DNA of 64,000 bases, taken from Ruminococcaceae bacterium UBA794 (GTDB lineage: Bacteria > Bacillota > Clostridia > Oscillospirales > Ruminococcaceae). Under the pieces are notes generated by a model. It searched no databases and had not been told where the DNA came from. It was given only the letters and a program-made list of their open reading frames with translations. Below, in pieces: positions 18,260 through 28,589 of this stretch; within the stretch, counting starts at the first letter, position 1; every line of letters starts with the position of its first letter. The stretch covers positions 13,314-77,313 of the forward strand of contig DBIU01000015.1 in NCBI GenBank assembly GCA_002304735.1, written 5' to 3'. Position numbers and translations under genes: made by a program.

Positions 18260-20212
18260 TTAAATTCCGTCGTTATAAATTTTGATATAATCCTTGAAAG
18301 TGTGGTCGGAATCCTGTTCCTTTGCGCGATATTTCCATATGCCGTAAAGGACGGGATATTGAATACAGTCGTTAAGTTCGGAGATTTCCTGTTTAATTTT
18401 AAGGTGGAAATCATCGCCCTTGTGAAGCTCGTCAATCTGCGCTTTGCCGTCTGCAAGACCGCCGACAGCTTCCTTGGCGAACGGGAGATTGAGATAGCTT
18501 TCGCTGCCGAAAGAAGCGGCGGCTTCCGCGAGCCTCTTGGGCTTCTGAAGCGCTTCGTCCCTGCCGACGACGCAAAGTCCGCTTACTCCGTTAACGGCGG
18601 CGGTAATCTCGGCAGCCTGCGAGCTGTCAGAAAGACCGAAAAGCCTGTAAATCTCTCTGAGCTTATCGTCCGCAAATTCATTAAGCTGCTTTGCAGTTGT
18701 AATCTCGGAGGTTTCCGGGAAGATATACTCAATTTTAACTCTCTTTATGAGGTCCGCGCAGTTTTCAACCTCGCTTGAATAGCCCTTGAGATATCTCAAA
18801 TCCTTGATAAGATTGCAGACGATATCGCCCTTTTCCTTGATATCGAGAAGAATATTTCTCGTGGGAAGCTCGTCGCAGAAGCCCTCTCCGAGCTTGAGGA
18901 ACAGCGTCTTTTCAAGCATCGGCGTATCGAAAACGCCGTTTTTGTCGCGGAAAAGGATAAACTTTCTCTTTGCCTCGTTTTCCGAACCGTGACGCGTCAT
19001 TCTTCTTTCGAGAACCGCGGGAGAAGCCGGAAGCTCGTAGTTAAAGACGTAATTTACGTTATCGGGACCGTCCACAAACGTTCCGAGCATATCCGTGCCG
19101 ATTGTAATTTTCGCCATTTCATCGTCGCAGCGGTTTGTGAGCTTTCTCTTGATAGCGCCGGAAATTACAAGCTCGCCTCTCATCACGTTAACGTCCGCTC
19201 CATAAACGCAGACAAGCGCTTTTCTGAGGTACTCGACTGTGTTTTTATTGCAGCAGTAAATCATAATCCGCGCGTTAACGTCGCCCGCGAGGATATCCTC
19301 AATCGACTTCATAAGCGCGTCAAGCTTCATATCAAAAGCCCTCAAGTCCTCAACGTCAGAGCGCGAGAAGAAAGGCTTGAGATAGATTTTCTTTTCCTTT
19401 TCGTTCTTATCGCAGTCGTATTGCTCAAAAACATTTCCGCCCGCGCTGTACGAAGGAAGTCCTGTTTTAAGGTCGATTTTTCTGCGGAAATATGTAAGAA
19501 CGGATTCATCAAAGCCATAATCCACAAACGAAACGTCGCGGCTAAATTCCCCGTAGACCTCGCCCGCGAAATACCGCATAACGGGGCTGTTTTCGGAGAG
19601 CGCGCAGACCGACTCGTCAAGGTCGAGGCTGTTTGCCGCGGAAGCCTTTTTCTCATCCGCCAAAACGCTCTTGACAAGCTCGGAAATTTCGGTTTTGTCG
19701 TTTCTGTTTCTTGCGGGAAACGGCGCGTTAATAAGCAGTTTATCGCTCTTCCAGAGGATATTTTTCCGATAATCCGAATAAAACGGAACGTCCGTCGAAA
19801 GCTCCTCGTCGATGATGATGAGGTTCCACTTAAAGTGGCTTCCCGCCTTGCGTTTGAGTACGTTATCGCCGAAAAGCGTTTCACGCGAAATCAGATAAAG
19901 ACCCGCGCTTTCCTCGTAGAAATAGAGAAGCGAGTTAGCCGCGCCGGAAATCATTTTGAAATCCGCGCCGACGCTTGTGACGAGAAATCTGTACCAATTG
20001 TACATTTCGCTTTGGCGTGTAACTATGAGGATATTCGGAGACTCCTGTTCCGCGAGAACATCATAGACGCAAAGCGCGGATTTTGTGTATTTTTCCGAGC
20101 CGAACTCACCGCAGTTAAGGGCGAACCCGAATTTTCTGAGTTTTTCCGCCGCGGCGAGATTAGCCGCCGACAAGTTCAGACCGCCAAGCGGTAGCCATTT
20201 AATGTTGGTCAA
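18260..20212 (-). CDS. Degenerate SF2 (SNF2/RapA-like) helicase-fold protein
   Basis: NILIVT...YNW (Ia), WNLIIIDEE (II), IMIYC...TVEYL (IV), ITIGTD (V), VFNYELP...LERRMTR (VI); no GKT Walker A; TTG start with GGGGG RBS. Confidence 0.7.
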   Translation of the reverse strand: MTNIKWLPLGGLNLSAANLAAAEKLRKFGFALNCGEFGSEKYTKSALCVYDVLAEQESPNILIVTRQSEMYNWYRFLVTSVGADFKMISGAANSLLYFYEESAGLYLISRETLFGDNVLKRKAGSHFKWNLIIIDEELSTDVPFYSDYRKNILWKSDKLLINAPFPARNRNDKTEISELVKSVLADEKKASAANSLDLDESVCALSENSPVMRYFAGEVYGEFSRDVSFVDYGFDESVLTYFRRKIDLKTGLPSYSAGGNVFEQYDCDKNEKEKKIYLKPFFSRSDVEDLRAFDMKLDALMKSIEDILAGDVNARIMIYCCNKNTVEYLRKALVCVYGADVNVMRGELVISGAIKRKLTNRCDDEMAKITIGTDMLGTFVDGPDNVNYVFNYELPASPAVLERRMTRHGSENEAKRKFILFRDKNGVFDTPMLEKTLFLKLGEGFCDELPTRNILLDIKEKGDIVCNLIKDLRYLKGYSSEVENCADLIKRVKIEYIFPETSEITTAKQLNEFADDKLREIYRLFGLSDSSQAAEITAAVNGVSGLCVVGRDEALQKPKRLAEAAASFGSESYLNLPFAKEAVGGLADGKAQIDELHKGDDFHLKIKQEISELNDCIQYPVLYGIWKYRAKEQDSDHTFKDYIKIYNDGI

Positions 20213-20277
20213 AATAACGCACCCCCGTAGGAAATCGGACAATCCGCCGACCCCGAAAATATTTTGATACAATTATA

Positions 20278-20306
20278 ATTATACACCAATTATTCAATTA
20301 TTACAA
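20278..20306 (-). promoter_or_regulatory. Sigma-A-like promoter of the helicase-like/GHKL pair
   Basis: Minus strand TTGTAA-N17-TATAAT. Confidence 0.6.
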
Positions 20307-20560
20307 GTATGTCAAAACCCCTAATGTTAGAAAAAAATTAAAGACAATTTTGTTTATTTTGCACAAAAATGCCCAAAATCAAGCATAAAGCTTCCGAATT
20401 ATATAATATTTTAAGTAATAAAGGAAAATTATCTTCCAAAAGCAGGAAATATTCTCATACAGAGAAAATAACGGGCGAAATTTCCATTGAATAAAACCCG
20501 AAAACCTGCTAAAATTAAGGCAGCACAAATTTTACACTTAACAAAGCGGAGTTGATAAAA

Positions 20561-21055
20561 ATGCTGAAAGCGGTGCTTTCGAGAAAAAACATAGCGGAAA
20601 ACGCGGAATTTTACGGCTGTATAAGCGACCTGCTTGCAAGCGCGAGCGTAGAGCGTCTGAAGGATTATTCTCATCATCTCGGAACAAGCCGTTTCCAGCA
20701 CTGCCTGAACGTATCCTACTACAACTTTCTGATATGCAAAAAGCTTGGGCTAAACGCGCGTTCGGGCGCAAGAGCGGGGCTTCTTCACGATTTTTTCTTC
20801 TACAACAGACAGGACCGCAAAAAGCCTGATTTCAAGGGCGCTCACGTCACGGCTCACCCGATAATCGCGTTCGGCAACGCTTCCGAAGAATTTCCGATAA
20901 GCGAGCTTGAGGGAGATATGATAGTCTGCCATATGTGGCCGATAACGAAGAATTTCCCACGTCACCGCGAAACGTTTGTGATAACGTTCGTGGACAAATT
21001 CTGCGCCGTTGCGGAGATAGCGTCAGCCGCGGTAAAACGCAAATCTCACAGATAA
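20561..21055 (+). CDS. HD-domain phosphohydrolase
   Basis: HH..TSRFQHCLNVSY, ARAGLLHDFF, HP, HMWP, DK. Confidence 0.9.
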   Translation: MLKAVLSRKNIAENAEFYGCISDLLASASVERLKDYSHHLGTSRFQHCLNVSYYNFLICKKLGLNARSGARAGLLHDFFFYNRQDRKKPDFKGAHVTAHPIIAFGNASEEFPISELEGDMIVCHMWPITKNFPRHRETFVITFVDKFCAVAEIASAAVKRKSHR

Positions 21056-21798
21056 TCCGCGACGTCAATCCACGTCAGAAGCAGCTCGCGCTCCTCGGGA
21101 CGTCTGAATTTAAGCTGCGCCGCCGCGACAATCGGAAGCCACTCGCGAACCTTTTTCTTGTCGGCGGAAGCCTTTTCGCAATAAATCGAAAGGTATTTCT
21201 CGGCAGTTTCGGTTTTGTGCCTCAAGCAAAATCCGAGATACGTCCGCGCCGCGTCCGCAAGCGGATTTCCCTGCTTTGCCTTGAACCAATCCACAACGAA
21301 CATTCCCTTGTCGTTTACGATGATATTTTCGGGCAAAAACTCGCCGTGGCAGACCGCCGCCGCGTCCTCCATACCCGAAAGTTTCGTGAGAAGCTCGTAT
21401 TTTTTCACATCGTCAATGATATCAAGCCCCTCGATTGAACGCTTGAGGTAATCCTTAAGGCGGCTGAGCTTGCCCGAACGAAGCGCGTTAACTTCAATCT
21501 GCAAATCCGCCATTTTCCCGAGAAGCTCCTCGGAGCGCGGTTCTTCGCGCATCATCTCGTCAAGCGTTTTTCCTTTAATATAGGTATATTCGATAGCCCA
21601 CTTGCCGTCCTCTTTGACGGCGCCGATTATTTCGGGCATCTTTTCAAAGCCCGTTTCCTCGACTCTGGTGTGAGTAAGCGCCTCGTAAAACACAACGCTT
21701 TTCGGCTCGTCCGGCTCTTTGAACACCTTTACGCACTTATCGCCGTGTTCATAAACCGAAACTTTAGCGCTGTCCGCAATCAATTTTTTCAGTTCCAT
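21046..21798 (-). CDS. Aminoglycoside phosphotransferase (APH/ChoK)-family kinase
   Basis: VCHGEFLPENII, VVDW, GNPLADAART. Confidence 0.85.
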   Translation of the reverse strand: MELKKLIADSAKVSVYEHGDKCVKVFKEPDEPKSVVFYEALTHTRVEETGFEKMPEIIGAVKEDGKWAIEYTYIKGKTLDEMMREEPRSEELLGKMADLQIEVNALRSGKLSRLKDYLKRSIEGLDIIDDVKKYELLTKLSGMEDAAAVCHGEFLPENIIVNDKGMFVVDWFKAKQGNPLADAARTYLGFCLRHKTETAEKYLSIYCEKASADKKKVREWLPIVAAAQLKFRRPEERELLLTWIDVADYL

Positions 21799-21813
21799 AG
21801 ACATAGCCTCCTG

Positions 21814-22941
21814 TTATTCGTCGATATCGCCCTCGTAAAGCCCTTTCACGGAAAGCGTGAGGAAGCGGAAATCGTTCATAAGGTCGACGATTTCGCCGCC
21901 CGTGCCGCCCATAATCCGAACAACGGGACGAAGCACGTTTCCCGTGTGTTTGACAACCGAGCCGTGCCGCCCGTCCGAAAGCGTTACGATAGTACCGATA
22001 GGATAAGGATTAAACGCGTGCAGGAAAGCCGTTGCGACGTCAAGGTCGAAGTGCGTTCCGCCCGCGCCGAGGATATATTCCTCCGTTTCCGCGACGGACC
22101 ACGGCTTTCTGTAAGGGCGGTTTGAGGTGAGCGCGTCAAAAACGTCGCAGACGCTCAAAATTCTCGCGACAAGCGGAATTTTCTTCCCCGAAATGCCTGT
22201 CGGATAGCCCGTGCCGTCGTATTTTTCCTGATGAAAAAGCACTCCCGAAAGCACGTTCGGGCTGAAATGACCGCCCTTTTTAAGGATATTGTAACCGATA
22301 AGCGGGTGACGCTTAATCTCCTCAAATTCTTTATCCGTAAGCTTTCCGGGCTTTATTATAATTTCGTGGTCTATGTTCGACTTTCCGATATCGTGAAGAA
22401 GTCCCGCGAGAACAATATCTTTTTTCTCGTCTGCGGAAAGTCCTATTTCCGCGCAAACTCCCGCCGAAAGCATAGCGACGCGCAAACAGTGCTTATAGGT
22501 ATAATCGTCAAAATTCTGAAGCGCAATCATCTGATTTGCGAGAAAATCCGAATTTCCCGTGATATCGGCGATGATGTTGTCGGCGATATCGTCAACGCGC
22601 TTCACGGAAGCAACGGAAAGCTCCTTTATGCCCTCCGTGCCGCCGTCGAAAATCCCGTTAAGGTCGGTAAGTGCGTGGGTGATATTCTGATTGATAACCC
22701 GCTCGGGGCGCTTGGGCTTTTCCGGAACAGGTTCTTCCTCCTGCGCGGGAGAATCGCTTTCGATGCCCCAGCCGACGACGTTTACGGTTTTGATGCCGCA
22801 TTTTCGCAGCGTTTCAATCATATCGAACGACAAAAATGTGGCTTTTTTATAAAGCAGCTTATACTCCGTTGCGCTTGTGGAGTAAACATTGTCCGCAAGC
22901 TGCATACCCTCGCGGAGCTTATCGACCGAAACAATCAGCAT
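21814..22941 (-). CDS. HD-GYP domain protein (putative cyclic dinucleotide phosphodiesterase)
   Basis: YTYKHCLRVA, LLHDIGK, HQEKYDGTGYP, DVFDALTSNRPYRK. Confidence 0.93.
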   Translation of the reverse strand: MLIVSVDKLREGMQLADNVYSTSATEYKLLYKKATFLSFDMIETLRKCGIKTVNVVGWGIESDSPAQEEEPVPEKPKRPERVINQNITHALTDLNGIFDGGTEGIKELSVASVKRVDDIADNIIADITGNSDFLANQMIALQNFDDYTYKHCLRVAMLSAGVCAEIGLSADEKKDIVLAGLLHDIGKSNIDHEIIIKPGKLTDKEFEEIKRHPLIGYNILKKGGHFSPNVLSGVLFHQEKYDGTGYPTGISGKKIPLVARILSVCDVFDALTSNRPYRKPWSVAETEEYILGAGGTHFDLDVATAFLHAFNPYPIGTIVTLSDGRHGSVVKHTGNVLRPVVRIMGGTGGEIVDLMNDFRFLTLSVKGLYEGDIDE

Positions 22942-22966
22942 AATTAATCCTCAAGATGCGATAAAA

Positions 22967-23872
22967 TCATAACGGCGAACCGTAAATTCCATTCTTAACG
23001 TAATCTGCAAGCGTATTTTTCGCCTGCTCGGCGTCGCTTTCGTAGGTTATACCGAACCAACGGCTGTCGGTCGGGATATCCTTGACCCTATAAGCGCGCG
23101 AGTGAATTTCACGGCTCACGGCTTCAGCGATAGTCAGCTCGGATTTAAGCTCGTCGGGCTGAAGATTGTTGAGGAATTTCCTGAGCTGATGAGCGAGGAT
23201 ATCCATAAAAGCCGCGTTAAATCCCCACATACTCATAGAAGTCGTGTCGTTATCGCCGAGAATTTTCTCATATCCGTCGTATTTTCCGCGAATAACGCCG
23301 TCCTCGCCGCGGAAAATCTGCTTTGTTTCCTCAACCGAAGTGAGAAGCCCCTCCGCGTTTGTGCGGCAGATACCGCGGTTTACGGGACCGTTGTCGGAGA
23401 GCGTGTTCTTGAGGAGGAAATCAATTGAGCAAGCGTCCGCCGCAGGATTTTTGAAGAAGCCCGCGAGCGCCGAAAACGCCTCCGCTCCATAGAAATCGTC
23501 CGCGTTGATTACCGCGAAATCGCCGTCGAGCGCGTCCTTGCAGCAATAAAGCGCCTGCGCGGTACCCCAAGGCTTTGTTCTCGCGGGGAAATCGCCTTTT
23601 CTCACGGGAAGCTTGTCGGTTGACTGAAACACATATTCGGTGTTGACGATACGGGAAATTCTGTCGCCGATTGTGGACTTAAACAGCTCCTCGATGTCCT
23701 TTCTGATAATGAAAAGCACTCTCGTAAAGCCGTTTTTCACCGCGTCGTGAACCGAATAATCAATCAAAAGCTCGCCGTTCGGACCGAGCGGTTCAAGCTG
23801 CTTAATTCTGTTTCCGTTTGCATAGCGCGAGCCCATTCCCGCCGCCAGCACTACTAAAGTTAATTCCGACAT
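22967..23872 (-). CDS. Sugar-phosphate nucleotidyltransferase
   Basis: LVVLAAGMGSRY, KQL..LGPNGE..IDYS, RTKPWGTAQA, VINADDFYG, WFGITY. Confidence 0.9.
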   Translation of the reverse strand: MSELTLVVLAAGMGSRYANGNRIKQLEPLGPNGELLIDYSVHDAVKNGFTRVLFIIRKDIEELFKSTIGDRISRIVNTEYVFQSTDKLPVRKGDFPARTKPWGTAQALYCCKDALDGDFAVINADDFYGAEAFSALAGFFKNPAADACSIDFLLKNTLSDNGPVNRGICRTNAEGLLTSVEETKQIFRGEDGVIRGKYDGYEKILGDNDTTSMSMWGFNAAFMDILAHQLRKFLNNLQPDELKSELTIAEAVSREIHSRAYRVKDIPTDSRWFGITYESDAEQAKNTLADYVKNGIYGSPL

Positions 23873-24200
23873 AATGCTCTCCTTTATACTCCGATTTTTT
23901 GTCAAGATTTTCCTTTTTCATAAAGGCAATCGCGCAGTTTCCTGCCTTGCCTTTGCCGGCGAACGTTCGCTTTCGCCGTTTCACCGGTTTGCTCGTGTAT
24001 TTGAACAACAGTTTTTGCGGTACAGCCCATTTTCCCGCGAAATCGCTGCAATTTACTGCAAAGCGGGGATTTTTCGCGCGGTTTGAACTGCAAAAAGCTG
24101 CAAATTCGCGGTTTTTTGCGAATTTTATTATTCATAATCGGCAGCTTTCCGAGAACCGCAAAGCCGCTTTCCCCGAAATTCGCCGCGTTAAACCGGCAAA

Positions 24201-26834
24201 TTACCGAAGGCTCTCAATCGACTCGTTGATTTTCGCCATCTTTTCCTCCGCCTTGGCAAGCTTCGCGCGCTCGTTCTCAATCTGCGCTGCGGGCGCTTTC
24301 GCGAGGAAGCCCTGATTATTAAGCTTGCCCGAAAGGAAGTCTATGTCCTTCTGCGCCGCCTTCTTTTCCTTTTCAAGGCGCGCAAGCTCCTTTTCCTTAT
24401 CGACAAGCTCGCCCATCGGCATAAATATTCTCGCCGCGTCGGTTACAACCGTCGCCATTCCGTCTGCCGAGGGCGCTTCGCTCGTTACCGTAAATTCGCC
24501 CGCTCCCGCAAGCTTCTCAAAGAACGCGCGGCTGTTTGCAAAAAGCTCGGTAAGCTTCGTTTCAACAATCATCGTGACCTTCTTCGACGGGGGAACGTTC
24601 ATCTCGTTTCTTCTTACGCGAACGGCGCTGATTGCCTCGACAATCTTTGAGAAATCAGCCTGTTCCTTTGTAAACGCGAGCTTTTCGTCATATTCGCACC
24701 ACTTCGCCATCATAATGCTCTCGGTTTCGCCGTGAGGAATAGACTGCCATATTTCCTCCGTAACAAACGGCAGGAACGGGTGAAGCGTCTTTAACACTCC
24801 CGTCATTATGAACACGAGAACCTTCTGCGCCGCAAGCGCGGTTTCGCCGCCCGCCGCTATTCTCGGCTTTGTAAGCTCGATATACCAATCGCAGAAAATA
24901 TCCCAGATGAAATCGTAAAGATTGCCGACGGCAACGCCGATTTCATAGGCTTCAAGGTTCGCCGTGACGTTCTTTATCATATCGTTAAACAGCGACAGAA
25001 CCCACTTGTCCTCAATCGGCAGATTTTCGGGAAGCTCTCCCGCCTCGAAATCCTCCGGCAAATTCATCAGAATATAGCGGGAAGCGTTCCAGAGCTTGTT
25101 GATAAAGTTTCTCGAATTGAGAAGCTTCGTTTCCGTCCAGCGCATATCGTTTCCGGGCGCGTTTCCCGTCACAAGCGTAAGGCGGAGCGCGTCCGCGCCG
25201 TATTTGTCGATAATCTCAAGCGGGTCGACGCCGTTTCCGAGCGACTTCGACATCTTTCTGCCCTGCTCGTCGCGCACAAGTCCGTGTATCAGAACATCGG
25301 TGAACGGCTTTTCACCCGTGTGTTCGATACCCGAGAAAATCATTCTCGATACCCAGAAACCAATAATATCATATCCCGTAACAAGCGTGTTTGTGGGGTA
25401 AAAATACTCAAGGTCGGGCGTTTTTTCGGGCCAGCCGAGCGTTGAAAACGGCCAGAGCGCCGAGCTGAACCATGTATCGAGCGTATCCTCGTCCTGCTTC
25501 ATCGCGCCGCCGCATTTCGGGCATTTTTCGGGAGCTTCAAGCGAGATTTCCGTGTGTCCGCAGTCGGGATTTTGGCAGTAATACGCGGGTATTCTGTGTC
25601 CCCACCAAAGCTGACGCGAAATGCACCAATCGCGGATATTCTCCATCCAATAGAGATAGCTGTTCTCGAAACGCTTCGGGATATAGCGAAGCTCTCCGCT
25701 CTTAACAACGTCAATCGCGGGCTGTGCAAGCTTTTTCATCGAAACGAACCACTGCTTTGATATAAGCGGCTCGACGACGGTATGGCAGCGCTGGCAGGTG
25801 CCTACGTTGTGCTTGTGCGGAACCACCTTTACGAGAAGTCCCTGCGCCTGCAAATCCTCAACCATAGCCCTGCGCGCTTCATATCTGTCCATTCCCGCGT
25901 ATTTTCCGCCGTATTCCGCGCTTATCGTCGCGTCGTCGTTCATAATATTGATAATGGGAAGATTGTGACGCTGACCGACTCCATAGTCGTTAGGGTCGTG
26001 CGCGGGGGTTATCTTTACGCAGCCCGTTCCGAACTCCATATCGACATAATCGTCCGCGACAACGGGAATTTCCCTGTCCGTAAGCGGAAGCTTCAGCATT
26101 TTTCCGACAATGCTTGCATAGCGCTCGTCCTTGGGATTAACCGCAACCGCGGTATCGCCGAGAAGCGTTTCGGGACGCGTCGTCGCAATCTCGACATAGC
26201 CCGTTCCGTCCGCGAACGGATAATTTATGTGCCAGAAAAAGCCGTCCTGCTCCTCGTATTCGCACTCGATATCCGAAATGGACGTCTTGCAGTTCGGGCA
26301 CCAGTTGATTATTCTCTCGCCGTGATAAATCAGACCTTTATTGTACAGGTCCATAAACACCTTTTCAACGGCTCTCGAGCAGCCCTCGTCAAGCGTAAAG
26401 CGCTCTCTCGCCCAATCGCAGGACGAACCGAGCTTTCTCTGCTGGAGGTCAATTCTTCCGCCGTATTCGCGCTTCCAAGCCCACGCTCTTTCAAGGAATT
26501 TCTCTCTGCCTATCTGCTCCTTTGTAACGCCCTCCTCTTTCATCGCGGCGACAATCTTCGCTTCCGTCGCAATCGAAGCGTGGTCGGTTCCCGGAAGCCA
26601 CAGCGCGGAGTATCCCTGCATTCTTCTCCAGCGGATAAGCGTGTCCTGAAGCGTGCTGTCGAAAGCGTGTCCGAGGTGAAGCTGCCCCGTGATGTTTGGC
26701 GGCGGCATTACTATCGTAAACGGCTTTTTCTTCGGGTCGATTTCCGCGTGGAAATAGCCCTTTTCCTCCCAATCCTTATAAATTCTCTCCTCAAATTCCT
26801 TGGGATTATAGGTCTTGCTGAGTTCCTTTCTCAT
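24201..26834 (-). CDS. valS: Valine--tRNA ligase
   Basis: PPPNITGQLHLGHA, DWCISRQLWWGH, KMSKS, C-terminal coiled coil. Confidence 0.98.
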   Translation of the reverse strand: MRKELSKTYNPKEFEERIYKDWEEKGYFHAEIDPKKKPFTIVMPPPNITGQLHLGHAFDSTLQDTLIRWRRMQGYSALWLPGTDHASIATEAKIVAAMKEEGVTKEQIGREKFLERAWAWKREYGGRIDLQQRKLGSSCDWARERFTLDEGCSRAVEKVFMDLYNKGLIYHGERIINWCPNCKTSISDIECEYEEQDGFFWHINYPFADGTGYVEIATTRPETLLGDTAVAVNPKDERYASIVGKMLKLPLTDREIPVVADDYVDMEFGTGCVKITPAHDPNDYGVGQRHNLPIINIMNDDATISAEYGGKYAGMDRYEARRAMVEDLQAQGLLVKVVPHKHNVGTCQRCHTVVEPLISKQWFVSMKKLAQPAIDVVKSGELRYIPKRFENSYLYWMENIRDWCISRQLWWGHRIPAYYCQNPDCGHTEISLEAPEKCPKCGGAMKQDEDTLDTWFSSALWPFSTLGWPEKTPDLEYFYPTNTLVTGYDIIGFWVSRMIFSGIEHTGEKPFTDVLIHGLVRDEQGRKMSKSLGNGVDPLEIIDKYGADALRLTLVTGNAPGNDMRWTETKLLNSRNFINKLWNASRYILMNLPEDFEAGELPENLPIEDKWVLSLFNDMIKNVTANLEAYEIGVAVGNLYDFIWDIFCDWYIELTKPRIAAGGETALAAQKVLVFIMTGVLKTLHPFLPFVTEEIWQSIPHGETESIMMAKWCEYDEKLAFTKEQADFSKIVEAISAVRVRRNEMNVPPSKKVTMIVETKLTELFANSRAFFEKLAGAGEFTVTSEAPSADGMATVVTDAARIFMPMGELVDKEKELARLEKEKKAAQKDIDFLSGKLNNQGFLAKAPAAQIENERAKLAKAEEKMAKINESIESLR

Positions 26835-26838
26835 ATCC

Positions 26839-28578
26839 TCAATTGTCCTCCGTTATTTTAAGTTTATCGGTTTCTTCCTCGCTCGGCGTAACGTAGAGCG
26901 TTCTGTTGTCCGTGAAAATAACTGTTCCCGGACGCGCGCCCGCAGGCTTTTTCACGAACTTTACCGCGGTGTAGTCCACCGGCACTCCCGAACCGTTTTT
27001 CGCCTTTGAATGATATGCCGCAAGCCGCGCCGCTTCAACAATCGTGCGCTCCGGCGGCGTTTTGCCTTCCGTTTTTATTATAACGTGCGAACCCGCGATA
27101 TCCTTGACGTGGAGCCAGATATCGCTCGCCTTCGACGTTTTAAGCGTAAGCTCGTCGTTCTGCTTGTTGTTTTTGCCCACAAGTATCGTAAATCCATCGC
27201 TCGAACGGAATTTCAGCGGCTCGGATTTCTTCGGCTTAGAGAGCGTTTTTTCGCCGCGGATAAGCCCCTGCTCGGCAAGCTCGCGCTTTATCTCGGTAAG
27301 CTCGCCGTCCGTCTTGGCGCGCGTTACGCTGTCAAGCAGACTTTCATAGTACGAAAGCTCGCTTTTTCCCTCTTTAATCAGCCCCGTGAGCATCTTTTCA
27401 GCAGTACACAGCTTTCGGTACTCGGAATAGTATTTCTGAGCGTTCTGCGCGGGCGAAAGCCTTGCGTCAAGCGCGATTTTGCGCTGTTCGCCCGTGTAAA
27501 AATCATCGAGCACGGCGCTTGTCATTCCTTTTTCGAGGCGGTATATATTCGCGTTTACAATGTCGCCGCAAGCGCGAAGATTTTCCCTGTCCGCGCAATC
27601 CGCAAGCTCTTTTTTCTGCAATTCAAGCTTTCTCGCGGTTCTCTCGGCGCGGCTCTTTATCAGCTTAAGCATATCCCGCGCGCGCTGGCTCGCTCGGTCG
27701 GATTTCTTCTCGTAAAAATCGTCCAAAAGAGCGTTCGCGCTTGCAAAATGCCGCTTTGCAAAGCCGTTTCCGTATTGATTGACGTCGACGAACGAAAAAT
27801 CCTTCTTCGCGCCGCTTTCGTCGATTATCTCCGTGAAACAAGCCGCTTTTCTCGCGTTATCAAAAAATAAGTCAAGCCGCTCTTTCTGCTCGTCCGAAAG
27901 CTCGCAGCACACCGCGTCCGTATCTCCCGCCGCATAATAAGCCGCTTCGCGCGCAAATATCGGCGAAATCCCCTCCAGAACCGCAGGCAAAGCCTTTGCA
28001 AGCCGCTCGGTCTTATTCTCAATCAGCGCCGAGATTTTCCGGTCTTTTTCAGCGAAAAAGTCAACTCGTTCAAGCCGCGGCGGCGTTTCGTACACAATGT
28101 TCGGCAAAATCCTCCGAACTCCCGAAATTTCGTCCGTAACGCGCTTTATGCTGTCGATAACCCTTTCGCCGCGCACGAGAATTATATTGCTGAAGCGCCC
28201 CATAATCTCGGCAATCAGCGTGTTCGTCACGATATCGCCGATTTCATTCACGCACTCAAAATCAAAGTAAAGTATCCTCTCCAGCCCGTCCTGCCGTATC
28301 CCCAAAAGCCGCCCGCTTCCAAGGTGCTTCCTCAGAAGCATACAGAACATCGGCGGACTCGGCGGGTTTTCAAGCGCCGCTTCCGTCAGATTTACCCGAG
28401 CAGCCGAGCCGTTTGACGAGAAGATAACCCGCTTTGCGCCTCTGTCCGAGCTGTTCGGCTTTCTGAACGATATCACGACTTCTTCCCGCGACGGCTGGAA
28501 AATCTTCTCAATCCGCGAGCCGACAAGCTCAGAAAGCTCCTCGCGGACGTATTTCAGCATTGCGCCGTCAAGTGACAA
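26839..28578 (-). CDS. rqcH: Ribosome quality control protein RqcH (NFACT/FbpA family)
   Basis: MSLDG, PPMFCMLLRKHL, EIMGRFSNIIL, NAQKYY, VGKNNKQND, GSHVII, VPVDYT. Confidence 0.93.
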   Translation of the reverse strand: MSLDGAMLKYVREELSELVGSRIEKIFQPSREEVVISFRKPNSSDRGAKRVIFSSNGSAARVNLTEAALENPPSPPMFCMLLRKHLGSGRLLGIRQDGLERILYFDFECVNEIGDIVTNTLIAEIMGRFSNIILVRGERVIDSIKRVTDEISGVRRILPNIVYETPPRLERVDFFAEKDRKISALIENKTERLAKALPAVLEGISPIFAREAAYYAAGDTDAVCCELSDEQKERLDLFFDNARKAACFTEIIDESGAKKDFSFVDVNQYGNGFAKRHFASANALLDDFYEKKSDRASQRARDMLKLIKSRAERTARKLELQKKELADCADRENLRACGDIVNANIYRLEKGMTSAVLDDFYTGEQRKIALDARLSPAQNAQKYYSEYRKLCTAEKMLTGLIKEGKSELSYYESLLDSVTRAKTDGELTEIKRELAEQGLIRGEKTLSKPKKSEPLKFRSSDGFTILVGKNNKQNDELTLKTSKASDIWLHVKDIAGSHVIIKTEGKTPPERTIVEAARLAAYHSKAKNGSGVPVDYTAVKFVKKPAGARPGTVIFTDNRTLYVTPSEEETDKLKITEDN

Positions 28579-28589
28579 GTCTTTTCTCC

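Noticed and set aside
16400..18778. 792-aa plus-strand ORF antisense to the GHKL and helicase-like genes
   Set aside because: Shadow frame of codon-biased genes with no recognisable motifs; the same effect occurs opposite rnf, valS, leuS and the GH94 gene
23880..24200. Possible structured RNA between valS and the nucleotidyltransferase gene
   Set aside because: Only short imperfect stems and no recognisable riboswitch or ncRNA motif
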